DNA from: Bacteroidales bacterium UBA5206
GTDB taxonomy: Bacteria; Bacteroidota; Bacteroidia; Bacteroidales; Tenuifilaceae
Reading direction: 5' to 3'
Length of the DNA: 64,000 nt
NCBI GenBank assembly: GCA_002412705.1
Contig: DHVO01000089.1
Span: forward strand, 5,636-69,635
The notes beneath the pieces are model-generated. The model did not search any database and was not told where the DNA came from. It saw only the letters and a program-made list of their open reading frames with translations. Every line of letters starts with the position of its first letter. The stretch's first letter is position 1. Shown here piece after piece: positions 49,036 through 57,394 of the stretch. The position numbers were made by a program, and so were the translations under genes.

Positions 49036-49614
49036 TTAGCTGTTTGTAATGTTAAGTAATCGCTTAATTTTTAATTGATCGAACCCAACCACCCAGTCAC
49101 CTCCAATATTTGCTTGGGGAACTCCTTGCTGTCCTGTGGCTTGCACCATTCTGCGAGCGGCATCGGGATCACGAGAAACGTCTATATCCGAAAATGCAAT
49201 ACCATGCTGCCTTAAGAATGATTTTAGGGTATTGCACCATGGGCATGTGGGTGTAGAGTAAACTGTTACTGCTTTTTGTTGGTTGCCTTTTGATGTAGAA
49301 CCAGTGGATACATTCTGCAAAAGGTTTTTATAGAAAGACTCGTCGTGACAGCCTTTTACCACATCCTTAACTTTTCCTTTCTCTAAAATGAGAAGGGATG
49401 GCGCCGATGTGACACCAAATGCAGGGTGTAAATCTTTTGCAACTTGAGCGTCGGCTGCATACATTGCTATTTTACACCCCGAATTTGATAAGGAGGTAAG
49501 GGTACGGTATGCACAATCGCTTACACCTGTCCCTTTTTTGTAAACAAGAAGAAGTGACTTCTCATTTACTGCCGATAATCTGTTGAATTCCGAGAGAGAG
49601 TTTACGTTTATCAT
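49036..49614 (-). CDS. Fusion of a thioredoxin-like domain lacking CxxC with a glutaredoxin-like (CPWC) domain
   Basis: 192 aa. The N-terminal ~100 aa have a Trx-fold pattern (LLLVYKKGTGVSDCAY...APSLLILEKGK). The C-terminal half is VYSTPTCPWCNTLKSFL...GVPQANIGG. Confidence 0.7.
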   Translation of the reverse strand: MINVNSLSEFNRLSAVNEKSLLLVYKKGTGVSDCAYRTLTSLSNSGCKIAMYAADAQVAKDLHPAFGVTSAPSLLILEKGKVKDVVKGCHDESFYKNLLQNVSTGSTSKGNQQKAVTVYSTPTCPWCNTLKSFLRQHGIAFSDIDVSRDPDAARRMVQATGQQGVPQANIGGDWVVGFDQLKIKRLLNITNS

Positions 49615-49694
49615 ATGTTATAATTTTACTTTTTGGGCTTTGGGGAGTTAGTATCCATTTTTGTGCCAAATAAATATACATATATACATATGAC

Positions 49695-49788
49695 AAATAT
49701 GGCATAAAATTTATTGTTGTTGGTTTTGAATCATGAAAGAATGACATGAAACAATACTGTTTTGTTGAACTTGTGCAATGCCATATTT
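49695..49788. promoter_or_regulatory. Pair of perfect 11-bp inverted repeats in the divergent control region (operator candidates)
   Basis: aaatatggcat at 49695-49705 and its exact reverse complement atgccatattt at 49778-49788, 72 nt apart. A TATATTTG box (a TAnnTTTG match) lies at 49828-49835. Confidence 0.3.
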
Positions 49789-49911
49789 TAATCAGGTATT
49801 GATTTCCGTTGGTCAAAAAGGCTATAATATATTTGAATTGTAGGCTGTTTTTTCCTTTACTGTTTATAGTTTTATATAAAATGGAATTTTAATATATTAC
49901 AATTTAAAATC

Positions 49912-50844
49912 ATGGTTGAACAAGAAAAGATACAACGAACACTGAGGCTTTTACTGTTGCTAAGCGGGCGAAAAAACTATACTATATCAGAATTAGCCGA
50001 AAAGCTTAGCACCACAAACAGAACGATATACAGGTATTTAGAGACATTTAGAGAAGTAGGGTTTCAAGTAGAAAGGATTAACGGGCGCTTTAGCATTGAT
50101 AAAGTTTCACCACGATACAAGGAGTTAAGTAGCTTGCTCTATTTTTCTCCCGAGGAGGCTTATGTGCTTAGCAGGGCTTTGGATATTATTGACGATGGCA
50201 ATCCTGTAAAACAACAACTGGTGGAGAAGCTCTACTCATTGTACGAGGCAAGAAACGTGGCTGCCACCATAGTAAAAAAGGCCAATTCCGAAATTGTTAC
50301 AAATTTGGTAGATGCCATATCATTAGGAATGCAGGTTATCCTTAAAGATTATCAATCGTCCAATAGTAATAGCATAAGCGATAGGGTGGTAGAACCATTT
50401 GGTTTTACGTATAACTTCCTTTCGGTTTGGTGTTTCGATCCCGTATCGCAAACCAACAAGGTTTTCAAGACATCTAGAATTGGTACTGTTATTATTACTG
50501 GAAATAGGTGGCAGTTTGAGAAACATCATAAGGTTGGGCATTTGGATCATTTTCGTGTAGCAGGATACCAGACTCATAGCGTTTGTTTGCAGCTTAATTT
50601 GCGTGCTGCAAATTTGCTTAAAGAGGAGTATCCACTTGCTGAAACAGGAATGCGCCTACAAAAGGATGGAACGTATATATACGAAGCGGAAGTTTCCAAC
50701 TTTGAAGGGGTTGGCCGATTTGTTCTGGGTTTACCTCAAGATATTAAAGTAATGGGCTCACAGGAGTTTATCGAATTTCTAAAAGAGAAAATGAAATGGC
50801 ATCACCTTGCAGTTGATTCTTTAGCTAATGTTGAAAATCATTAG
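49912..50844 (+). CDS. HTH + WYL-domain transcriptional regulator (YafY-like)
   Basis: 310 aa with an N-terminal winged HTH (YTISELAEKLSTTNRTIYRYLETF). The central WYL-type beta region is RVVEPFGFTYNFLSVWCFDPVSQTNKVFKTSRI. It also has a C-terminal extension domain. Confidence 0.8.
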   Translation: MVEQEKIQRTLRLLLLLSGRKNYTISELAEKLSTTNRTIYRYLETFREVGFQVERINGRFSIDKVSPRYKELSSLLYFSPEEAYVLSRALDIIDDGNPVKQQLVEKLYSLYEARNVAATIVKKANSEIVTNLVDAISLGMQVILKDYQSSNSNSISDRVVEPFGFTYNFLSVWCFDPVSQTNKVFKTSRIGTVIITGNRWQFEKHHKVGHLDHFRVAGYQTHSVCLQLNLRAANLLKEEYPLAETGMRLQKDGTYIYEAEVSNFEGVGRFVLGLPQDIKVMGSQEFIEFLKEKMKWHHLAVDSLANVENH

Positions 50845-51011
50845 GTTATGTTTGATTGTGTGACAGTATTGTTATTTTAAACTCAATTTTTTTTTGATGA
50901 ATAATTCCTTGTAAAACTATCACTTCGCTAAATTTACAACTGGGATAAATGGTGGCATATTAGGCCTTAGAAGCCCGTCCCTCACAATTTGTTTTAATGC
51001 TGGATAATTAG

Positions 51012-52817
51012 ATGATGAAATTACGCCTCTGGACTAAATTTTTACCTGTTCTTGTTTTGGCAGTACTCCTAATTGCTAGTGCTGACACTGTTGCAGCCCC
51101 TGTTTTAAGGGACGAAGGCACAGTGCAGCAATCCTTACAAAACGGGGAGCAATTTGAGAAGAGCGGCGATTTTAATCAGGCGGCTAATGCGTATAATCAG
51201 GCGGCGACCTCTAGCTGGGAATTGGGAAACTTAAAGAATGCTCTTCAATATTTTGAGAAAGCCCTTTCTATGACCCTTAAAATAGGGAACAAGAACGGAG
51301 CTTATGTAATCCATACCAACATGGGGATGGTGGCGTCGGAGCAGGGCGATTTATCCCTTGCGCTGTCTCACTTTGAAAGTGCGTTAGGTTATGCTAGGCA
51401 GCTAAATCGTAAAAATGACATATCGGCATCGTTAATTAATTTGGGTAGTGCGTATTCTGATGCTACAGAATATAAAAAGGCTTTAAATGTACTAACCGAA
51501 GCGTTAAATCTTGCCTTAGAGCAAAACGACTCAAAACAAGTTAGGAATTGTTACTCTCTGTTAGCCAAGGTATCCGAGAAAATGGGCAACATAGCAAAAT
51601 CAACAGAGTACTTTAACCTATTTTCCGCGGTATCGGCAAAGATTCAAAAGGAAGAGGCTGCACGTAAGGAGCAACAGGTTAAACGTATTGTGGATAGCGC
51701 AAAATATAGAGTCCAAGAAGTGCAAAAAGCAAAGGCTGCAACAGAAGTAGCCCTTTTGGAAAAAAGCGTAGAGCTGCAGCAAAAACAGCAAAATCTGGAA
51801 GTTGCAGAGCAAATATCGAAGGAGCAGCAAATGCAAATAGATCTGCTTAGCAAAGAGAAAGCGCTTCAGGAGGCTGAGATAAATAGGAATAGACTATTAC
51901 GGAATATTTACCTCCTTGTTATTGTTATTATTCTTGGCTTTTCTGCTCTAATTCTATATGGTTATAATATCAAACGGAAGAACTATAAGATTCTCTCACA
52001 AAAGAACATCGAAATAAATAGACAAAAGGGGGAGATACAGCAGCAAGCCGAACAACTTTTGGAACTCAATGCACTAAAGGATAAGCTCTTTTCAATAATC
52101 TCTCACGATTTGCGAAGCCCATTATACTCGTTAATTGGGCTGCTAAATCTGGCCAAGGAGGGAAATTTAACCGAGGCCGAGTTCCGGTCGTTCCTTGCTG
52201 AGCTATCGGTGAATGTTGGTTACAACTCTGCTTTGCTGGAGAATCTACTTAACTGGTCCAAAAGCCAGATGCAGGGCATGGTTGTTAATCCATCGGCATT
52301 TAATTTATATACCATTGCCGATAACCAGATGAACTTTTACCAGAATAGAGCTATGGAAAAGGGGATAGATATGGTTAATAATGTTGGTAATAGTATTTTG
52401 GGCTTTGCCGACAAGGATATGATTGAGCTTGTTTTACGGAACCTAGTGGGAAATGCAATAAAATTCTGTTCCCATGGCGATGTAATTACCATAGATGCCA
52501 CTAAGAAGGACGATACTGTAGTGCTTTCGGTTAAGGATACTGGTAAAGGGATTATGCCCGATGATATGCCCAAACTTTTTGGCAATCAGATATTCTCTAA
52601 GCGAGGCACAAACGATGAGAAGGGAACTGGTTTAGGGCTTATACTTTGTAAGGATTTTGTAACTCTTAATGGAGGTACTATTTGGGCTGAGAGCGAGGAG
52701 GGTAAAGGAAGCCGTTTCTTTGTGGCGCTTCCCACTTCTAGCGATTTTGTAAATGTTAGTGGAGCCGATTTTTCCTCATCGAGAAGTAGCAGATCCGAGA
52801 GCTCTGTTAAAATGTAG
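51012..52817 (+). CDS. Sensor histidine kinase: signal peptide, TPR domain, coiled coil, TM segment, HisKA/HATPase_c
   Basis: 601 aa with H-box SHDLRSPL, N-box NLVGNAIKF, G1 DTGKGI and G2 GTGLGL. The TM segment is IYLLVIVIILGFSALILYGY. Confidence 0.88.
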   Translation: MMKLRLWTKFLPVLVLAVLLIASADTVAAPVLRDEGTVQQSLQNGEQFEKSGDFNQAANAYNQAATSSWELGNLKNALQYFEKALSMTLKIGNKNGAYVIHTNMGMVASEQGDLSLALSHFESALGYARQLNRKNDISASLINLGSAYSDATEYKKALNVLTEALNLALEQNDSKQVRNCYSLLAKVSEKMGNIAKSTEYFNLFSAVSAKIQKEEAARKEQQVKRIVDSAKYRVQEVQKAKAATEVALLEKSVELQQKQQNLEVAEQISKEQQMQIDLLSKEKALQEAEINRNRLLRNIYLLVIVIILGFSALILYGYNIKRKNYKILSQKNIEINRQKGEIQQQAEQLLELNALKDKLFSIISHDLRSPLYSLIGLLNLAKEGNLTEAEFRSFLAELSVNVGYNSALLENLLNWSKSQMQGMVVNPSAFNLYTIADNQMNFYQNRAMEKGIDMVNNVGNSILGFADKDMIELVLRNLVGNAIKFCSHGDVITIDATKKDDTVVLSVKDTGKGIMPDDMPKLFGNQIFSKRGTNDEKGTGLGLILCKDFVTLNGGTIWAESEEGKGSRFFVALPTSSDFVNVSGADFSSSRSSRSESSVKM

Positions 52818-52836
52818 CCCTCGGAACTATCTGTTA

Positions 52837-53409
52837 CTAGTATTGGTTTATGGATAGTACCTCTTCTGTACTCTTTCTTCTTTTTTCCCTTAGTTCGTCG
52901 GTTTCGGGATAGCCAAGTGTTATAATTAGGGCTACACGCTTACTTTTGGGAACATTAAGATGCTTTTTCACATCCTTCTCGTTAAACCATCCAAGAATGC
53001 ATGTGCCTAGTCCTTCTGCCTTTGCCTGAAGACAGAGTTGTAATGCGGCAATTCCTATATCAATTAAAGGAAACTGCTTATCCTTAAAAACGCTTCCAAA
53101 GTTTGAATTGAAGTTGGCTGGTTCCATTACAATTACAATGTGAACGGGAGCCTGCTTGGTGAAATGGTTTATCCCAATAATTTTGTTTGATGTAGCGTCG
53201 GCTAGCTTATTCTTAAGCTCATTGTCATTAACCACAATAAACTTCCAGGGTTGAGCATTGCAGGCAGATGGAGCTATTCGTCCGGCCTCTATTATGCGCT
53301 CAATTTTTTCCGGTTCAACAGGCGTGTTTTTGTATGCTCTAACACTCTGACGGCTACGTAGCAGTTCTAAGAAATCGGTGGGATTAACGGTTGGTGTACT
53401 CATCGGCAA
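52837..53409 (-). CDS. Nitroreductase family protein
   Basis: 190 aa. RQSVRAY, APSACNAQPW and the overall length are typical of NAD(P)H-flavin nitroreductases. Confidence 0.8.
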   Translation of the reverse strand: MPMSTPTVNPTDFLELLRSRQSVRAYKNTPVEPEKIERIIEAGRIAPSACNAQPWKFIVVNDNELKNKLADATSNKIIGINHFTKQAPVHIVIVMEPANFNSNFGSVFKDKQFPLIDIGIAALQLCLQAKAEGLGTCILGWFNEKDVKKHLNVPKSKRVALIITLGYPETDELREKRRKSTEEVLSINQY

Positions 53410-54052
53410 TATCTTGTAAATTATTGGATTCTAAAACAATTATTTTTTCAGAGCTGTTTTGTGCTGCAAATATCATGGCCTTAGCCACATCGTGTGCCTC
53501 TATTCCCTTGTATTTGGCTAATGATCCAACAAAGAGGAATGAGAATATCCTAAAAAGAATTTTCCCTAACCCTTCGGAAAATCTGGTTTCGTTACGTTTA
53601 CCTAGTAAAAGCGAAGGGCGAACAATTACTAAGCGCTCAAATCCTATATTGGAAAGCGATTGCTCCATTTCCCCCTTAACCTTTAGGTAAAAGTTCTTGC
53701 TCTTGGCGTTTGCGCCTATTGAACTAACCACCACAAAGTTATTTATCCCATTAGTTTTTGCTGCTTGGGCAATTTTTAGCACAAGGTCGTAGTCAACGGC
53801 TCTAAATGCTTTTCTTGTTCCAGCCTTTTTCATTGTTGTGCCAATGCAGCAGAACACACTATCGATGGGTGTGCTGGGGAATGAAATGTGCTCCCCAGAT
53901 AAGGGAAGTATCTCCAGTTTACCAAGGGAATTAGGCTCTCTGTTCCGTTCAAAAGAAAAAATCTGAGCATAGGTTGGGTTCATGTTAAGTTCGCTAATTA
54001 GCTTGCTCCCAATTAAACCCGTTCCTCCAAAAATGGCTGCACTTTTCATCAC
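53384..54052 (-). CDS. NAD(P)H-binding (atypical SDR) oxidoreductase
   Basis: 222 aa with a Rossmann motif IFGGTGLIGS. It overlaps the downstream nitroreductase gene by 26 nt. Confidence 0.75.
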   Translation of the reverse strand: MMKSAAIFGGTGLIGSKLISELNMNPTYAQIFSFERNREPNSLGKLEILPLSGEHISFPSTPIDSVFCCIGTTMKKAGTRKAFRAVDYDLVLKIAQAAKTNGINNFVVVSSIGANAKSKNFYLKVKGEMEQSLSNIGFERLVIVRPSLLLGKRNETRFSEGLGKILFRIFSFLFVGSLAKYKGIEAHDVAKAMIFAAQNSSEKIIVLESNNLQDIADEYTNR

Positions 54053-54342
54053 TCCTCATTTTAAGTATGTAAAGATAACAATAATATGATTTTCCTCTTG
54101 GAACAGGATTGGCTGGTCAATAAGTGATTTTGTCTTTTCTACTACATGGTTATGATGTTATTGGAGATGAATTGCAAGGGCTGATGTAAAAGGTTACAGA
54201 AATGTTAAAATACTTTAAAATTCATTATTGTTGATTATCAATGCTATGTGATTTTGTTTGATAAAAAAGTTGGTGTGCAGTATTGACTTTATGGAAAAGT
54301 CGCCCGATTATTGCCTCTCAAACCCAAACTAAATTTTACGTG

Positions 54343-55527
54343 ATGAAAAGAATTTTTGGATTACTTTCTGTTATTGCGCTTCTATTTACAGCGTGTCAGA
54401 AGGATGAAGTTGGAATGGTTCAACAAGATGAGCCTTTAGCGGTTAATGGGCAGATTATACCCGGAAGGTATATCGTTGTTTTAAAGAACGATGGACCTCA
54501 AAAGGTTTCTTCAAACGGAACTTATGCGCAGAAGCAGAAGGAAGTGCTATCCTATTCACAGGAGATTATGTCTAACCTACAATTGCCAAAGGAAAGCGTT
54601 AAGGCTACTTATTCTGGGGTTATAACAGGATTTGTTACTGAGCTGGCCGAATGGCAAGTTGCTAAGTTGCAGGGCGATAAACGAATTGCCTTTGTTGAGC
54701 CTGATAGGGTTATAACTCTTGGTGTTGACGCAAAGGGTAAACCTACTGGTGGTACTACATCTCCATCGCAAACAACTCCTTGGGGTATAAGTCGTATAGG
54801 GGGATTTGTTAGCTACTCAGGTACAGGAACAGCATGGATTATTGATACAGGAATTGATTTGGATCATGCCGATTTAAATGTTGATGTTGCTAGGAGTCGT
54901 ACTTTTGTTGACCGAACAAAGAATGCCGATGATGAGAATGGCCATGGAACTCACGTAGCTGGAACTGTTGCTGCTCTTAATAACACTATTGGTGTTGTAG
55001 GTGTTGCAGCAGGTGCTCCTGTTGTTGCTGTTAGAGTTCTAGATCGTCGTGGGAGTGGTTCTTACTCATGGATTATTGCAGGTGTTGACTATGTTGGTGC
55101 TAATGCAAAAAGTGGCGATGTTGTTAATATGAGCCTTGGTGGTCCTTCATCTGATGCGTTAGACCAAGCTGTTCTTAATGCTGCAGCTAAGGGAATTAAA
55201 TTTGCAATTGCAGCAGGTAACGAGAGCCAAAACTCTAATAATGTTTCTCCTGCACGTGTTAATCATCAGAATGTTTACACAATTTCGGCAATGGACTCTA
55301 AGGATGTATTTGCATCGTTCTCAAACTATGCAAATCCTCCAGTTGACTATTGTGCCCCTGGCGTTAACATTTACTCTACATACAAAGGAGGTGGTTACTC
55401 TACCCTAAGTGGTACTTCAATGGCTTCACCACATGCTTGCGGTGTTCTTCTACTTGGTGCACCACGTACTGATGGTTATGTACTTAACGATCCTGATGGA
55501 AATGCTGACCCAATAATTCACAGATAG
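54343..55527 (+). CDS. S8 (subtilisin) family serine peptidase with an I9-like propeptide, lipoprotein
   Basis: The ORF starts at 54283, but the ATG at 54343 gives lipobox LLFTACQ. The catalytic triad contexts are IIDTGID, HGTHVAGT and GTSMASPH. Confidence 0.85.
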   Translation: MKRIFGLLSVIALLFTACQKDEVGMVQQDEPLAVNGQIIPGRYIVVLKNDGPQKVSSNGTYAQKQKEVLSYSQEIMSNLQLPKESVKATYSGVITGFVTELAEWQVAKLQGDKRIAFVEPDRVITLGVDAKGKPTGGTTSPSQTTPWGISRIGGFVSYSGTGTAWIIDTGIDLDHADLNVDVARSRTFVDRTKNADDENGHGTHVAGTVAALNNTIGVVGVAAGAPVVAVRVLDRRGSGSYSWIIAGVDYVGANAKSGDVVNMSLGGPSSDALDQAVLNAAAKGIKFAIAAGNESQNSNNVSPARVNHQNVYTISAMDSKDVFASFSNYANPPVDYCAPGVNIYSTYKGGGYSTLSGTSMASPHACGVLLLGAPRTDGYVLNDPDGNADPIIHR

Positions 55528-55545
55528 AGAGCGTTACCTTGTATT

Positions 55546-55580
55546 AAAAAAAGATGGCCGAAATTTTCGGCCATCTTTTT
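55546..55580. terminator. Bidirectional rho-independent terminator
   Basis: aaaaagatggccgaaa / tttcggccatcttttt, between the convergent S8 peptidase and ggt genes. Confidence 0.75.
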
Positions 55581-55582
55581 GT

Positions 55583-57274
55583 TTAGTATCCCGCGGCGTT
55601 ACCATCCTTTCGCGATTCCGATGCACCAAAGTAAACGCCCTTTTCTGCATCCCACATTATGGCTTGGTAGCCTCCATAGCCACCTACATCGTATGTAACT
55701 TTATGCCCTTTAAGCACAAGGTTCCGAATGGTGTGGTAATCAAATCCCGATTCAAGAAAAACAACACCACCATTGGTCATTCTCTCATCAGTAGGTTCAG
55801 AGCTGCCATCGTGCTGAACTCGGGGGGCGTCGCCAGCTTCCTGTAGGTTCATGCCAAAATCAATAAGGTTTACTACAATTTGTGCATGCCCCTGTGGTTG
55901 CATGGCTCCACCCATAACACCAAAGCTAATCCATGGCTTACCATCTTTGGTTATAAATGCTGGAATTATGGTATGGAATGGCCTTTTCCCTGGTTCAAAA
56001 ACATTGGGGTGCCCTTCTTGTAACGAGAACATTTCGCCTCTATCCTGAAGTACAAAGCCTAGCTCATCGGGAGTCATTCCAGAGCCCATGCCCCTGTAGT
56101 TACTCTGTATAAGCGAAACCATATTGCCATTCTTATCGGCTACCGTTAGATAAATGGTACTGGGAGAGCTAAGTATTCCCGCATCGTAGGATTTTGCCGC
56201 ACGGTTGGGGTTAATTAGCTTGGCCCTTTCCCTTGCATACTCTTTTGATATAAGCTCTTGAACAGGGATGTTTGAGAAAGCGGGATCGGCATAGTAACGG
56301 GCTCTATCCTCAAATGTCAACTTTTTAGCTTCTATAAATAAGTGTAGATACTCTGCGCTACCAAATCCCATGCTTTTAATATCGTACTGTTCTAAGATGT
56401 TTAGTATTTGTAATGCTGCAATACCTTGTCCATTTGGTGGCAGTTCCCAAACATCGTAACCTCTATAGTTTGTACTAACAGGGGTAATCCACTCCGATTT
56501 GTGCGAGGCCAAATCATTATAGGAGAGAAACCCTCCATTGCGTTTCATGTACGAATCTATTGTTTTGGCAATGTTACCCTTGTAGAACTCGTCGCGCCCT
56601 TTTTTTGCTATAGCTTCGTAAGTGTTTGCTAGGTAGGGATTTTTAAATAGTTCTCCTTTTTCAGGTGTTTTGCCGTTGGGCATGTAGGTCTCCTTAAAGT
56701 TTTCGTACTGCGAGAGCCTGTACGACGATGAGCGCATGTAGTAAGCAATAAGCTCCGTAACCGGAAACCCTTCGCGGGCATAGCTTATGGCAGGAGCTAA
56801 AATGGTTTCCATTTTAATGGAACCAAATCGATTGTGCAGTTCAAACCATCCATCAACACAGCCTGGAACCGAGACGGGCAGAGGGCCTAGGGCTGGAATG
56901 TGCGTAATCCCCTGTTCTTTGAAGTACTCAAGGGTTAAAGACTTGGGTGAACGTCCGCTGGCATTTAGGCCATACAGCTGCTGGGTTTTGGCATCCCAAA
57001 CTATGGCAAATAGGTCGCCACCAATGCCGCATCCAGTGGGTTCTACCAGTCCAAGCATTGCGTTTGCAGCAATTGCTGCATCAACAGCGCTACCTCCCTG
57101 TTTAAGTATATCAAGGGCTACTTGTGTAGCAAGGGGCTGGCTTGTTGCTACCATACCGTGTTTGGCAATAACCTCGGAGCGGGTTGCAAAATTTAGTCCA
57201 GTTACCCTATCCTGAGCCATAGTATTACCTAGCACAAGTGTGAATAGGAGTAAGCTTAGCGTTAATCTTGTCAT
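55583..57274 (-). CDS. ggt: Gamma-glutamyltransferase family protein
   Basis: 563 aa with a signal peptide. The Ntn-hydrolase layout shows a probable autoprocessing Thr in PSTIYLTVADKNGN, plus GGAMQPQGHAQ near the C-terminus. Confidence 0.82.
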   Translation of the reverse strand: MTRLTLSLLLFTLVLGNTMAQDRVTGLNFATRSEVIAKHGMVATSQPLATQVALDILKQGGSAVDAAIAANAMLGLVEPTGCGIGGDLFAIVWDAKTQQLYGLNASGRSPKSLTLEYFKEQGITHIPALGPLPVSVPGCVDGWFELHNRFGSIKMETILAPAISYAREGFPVTELIAYYMRSSSYRLSQYENFKETYMPNGKTPEKGELFKNPYLANTYEAIAKKGRDEFYKGNIAKTIDSYMKRNGGFLSYNDLASHKSEWITPVSTNYRGYDVWELPPNGQGIAALQILNILEQYDIKSMGFGSAEYLHLFIEAKKLTFEDRARYYADPAFSNIPVQELISKEYARERAKLINPNRAAKSYDAGILSSPSTIYLTVADKNGNMVSLIQSNYRGMGSGMTPDELGFVLQDRGEMFSLQEGHPNVFEPGKRPFHTIIPAFITKDGKPWISFGVMGGAMQPQGHAQIVVNLIDFGMNLQEAGDAPRVQHDGSSEPTDERMTNGGVVFLESGFDYHTIRNLVLKGHKVTYDVGGYGGYQAIMWDAEKGVYFGASESRKDGNAAGY

Positions 57275-57343
57275 GGGTTTGGGTTTTGGTTATGAGTATA
57301 TGACTTTGTTGTAATGTAAAAGTTTAGAGCTACATATAAAAGC

Positions 57344-57371
57344 AAAGGGCTACCCGTGTGGGCAGCCCTTT
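57344..57371 (-). terminator. Hairpin terminator downstream of the M16 peptidase gene
   Basis: Arms aaagggctaccc / gggcagcccttt with one mismatch and loop gtgt. A T-rich tract follows on the minus strand. Confidence 0.6.
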
Positions 57372-57394
57372 GGTATAAAGAGGTACAACTGAAT

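Noticed and set aside
49912-50844. The WYL regulator as a marker of a phage-defence island.
   Set aside because: The neighbouring genes are redox, chaperone, copper and signalling genes. I see no nuclease, helicase, methylase, cyclase or ATPase of defence type within reach.
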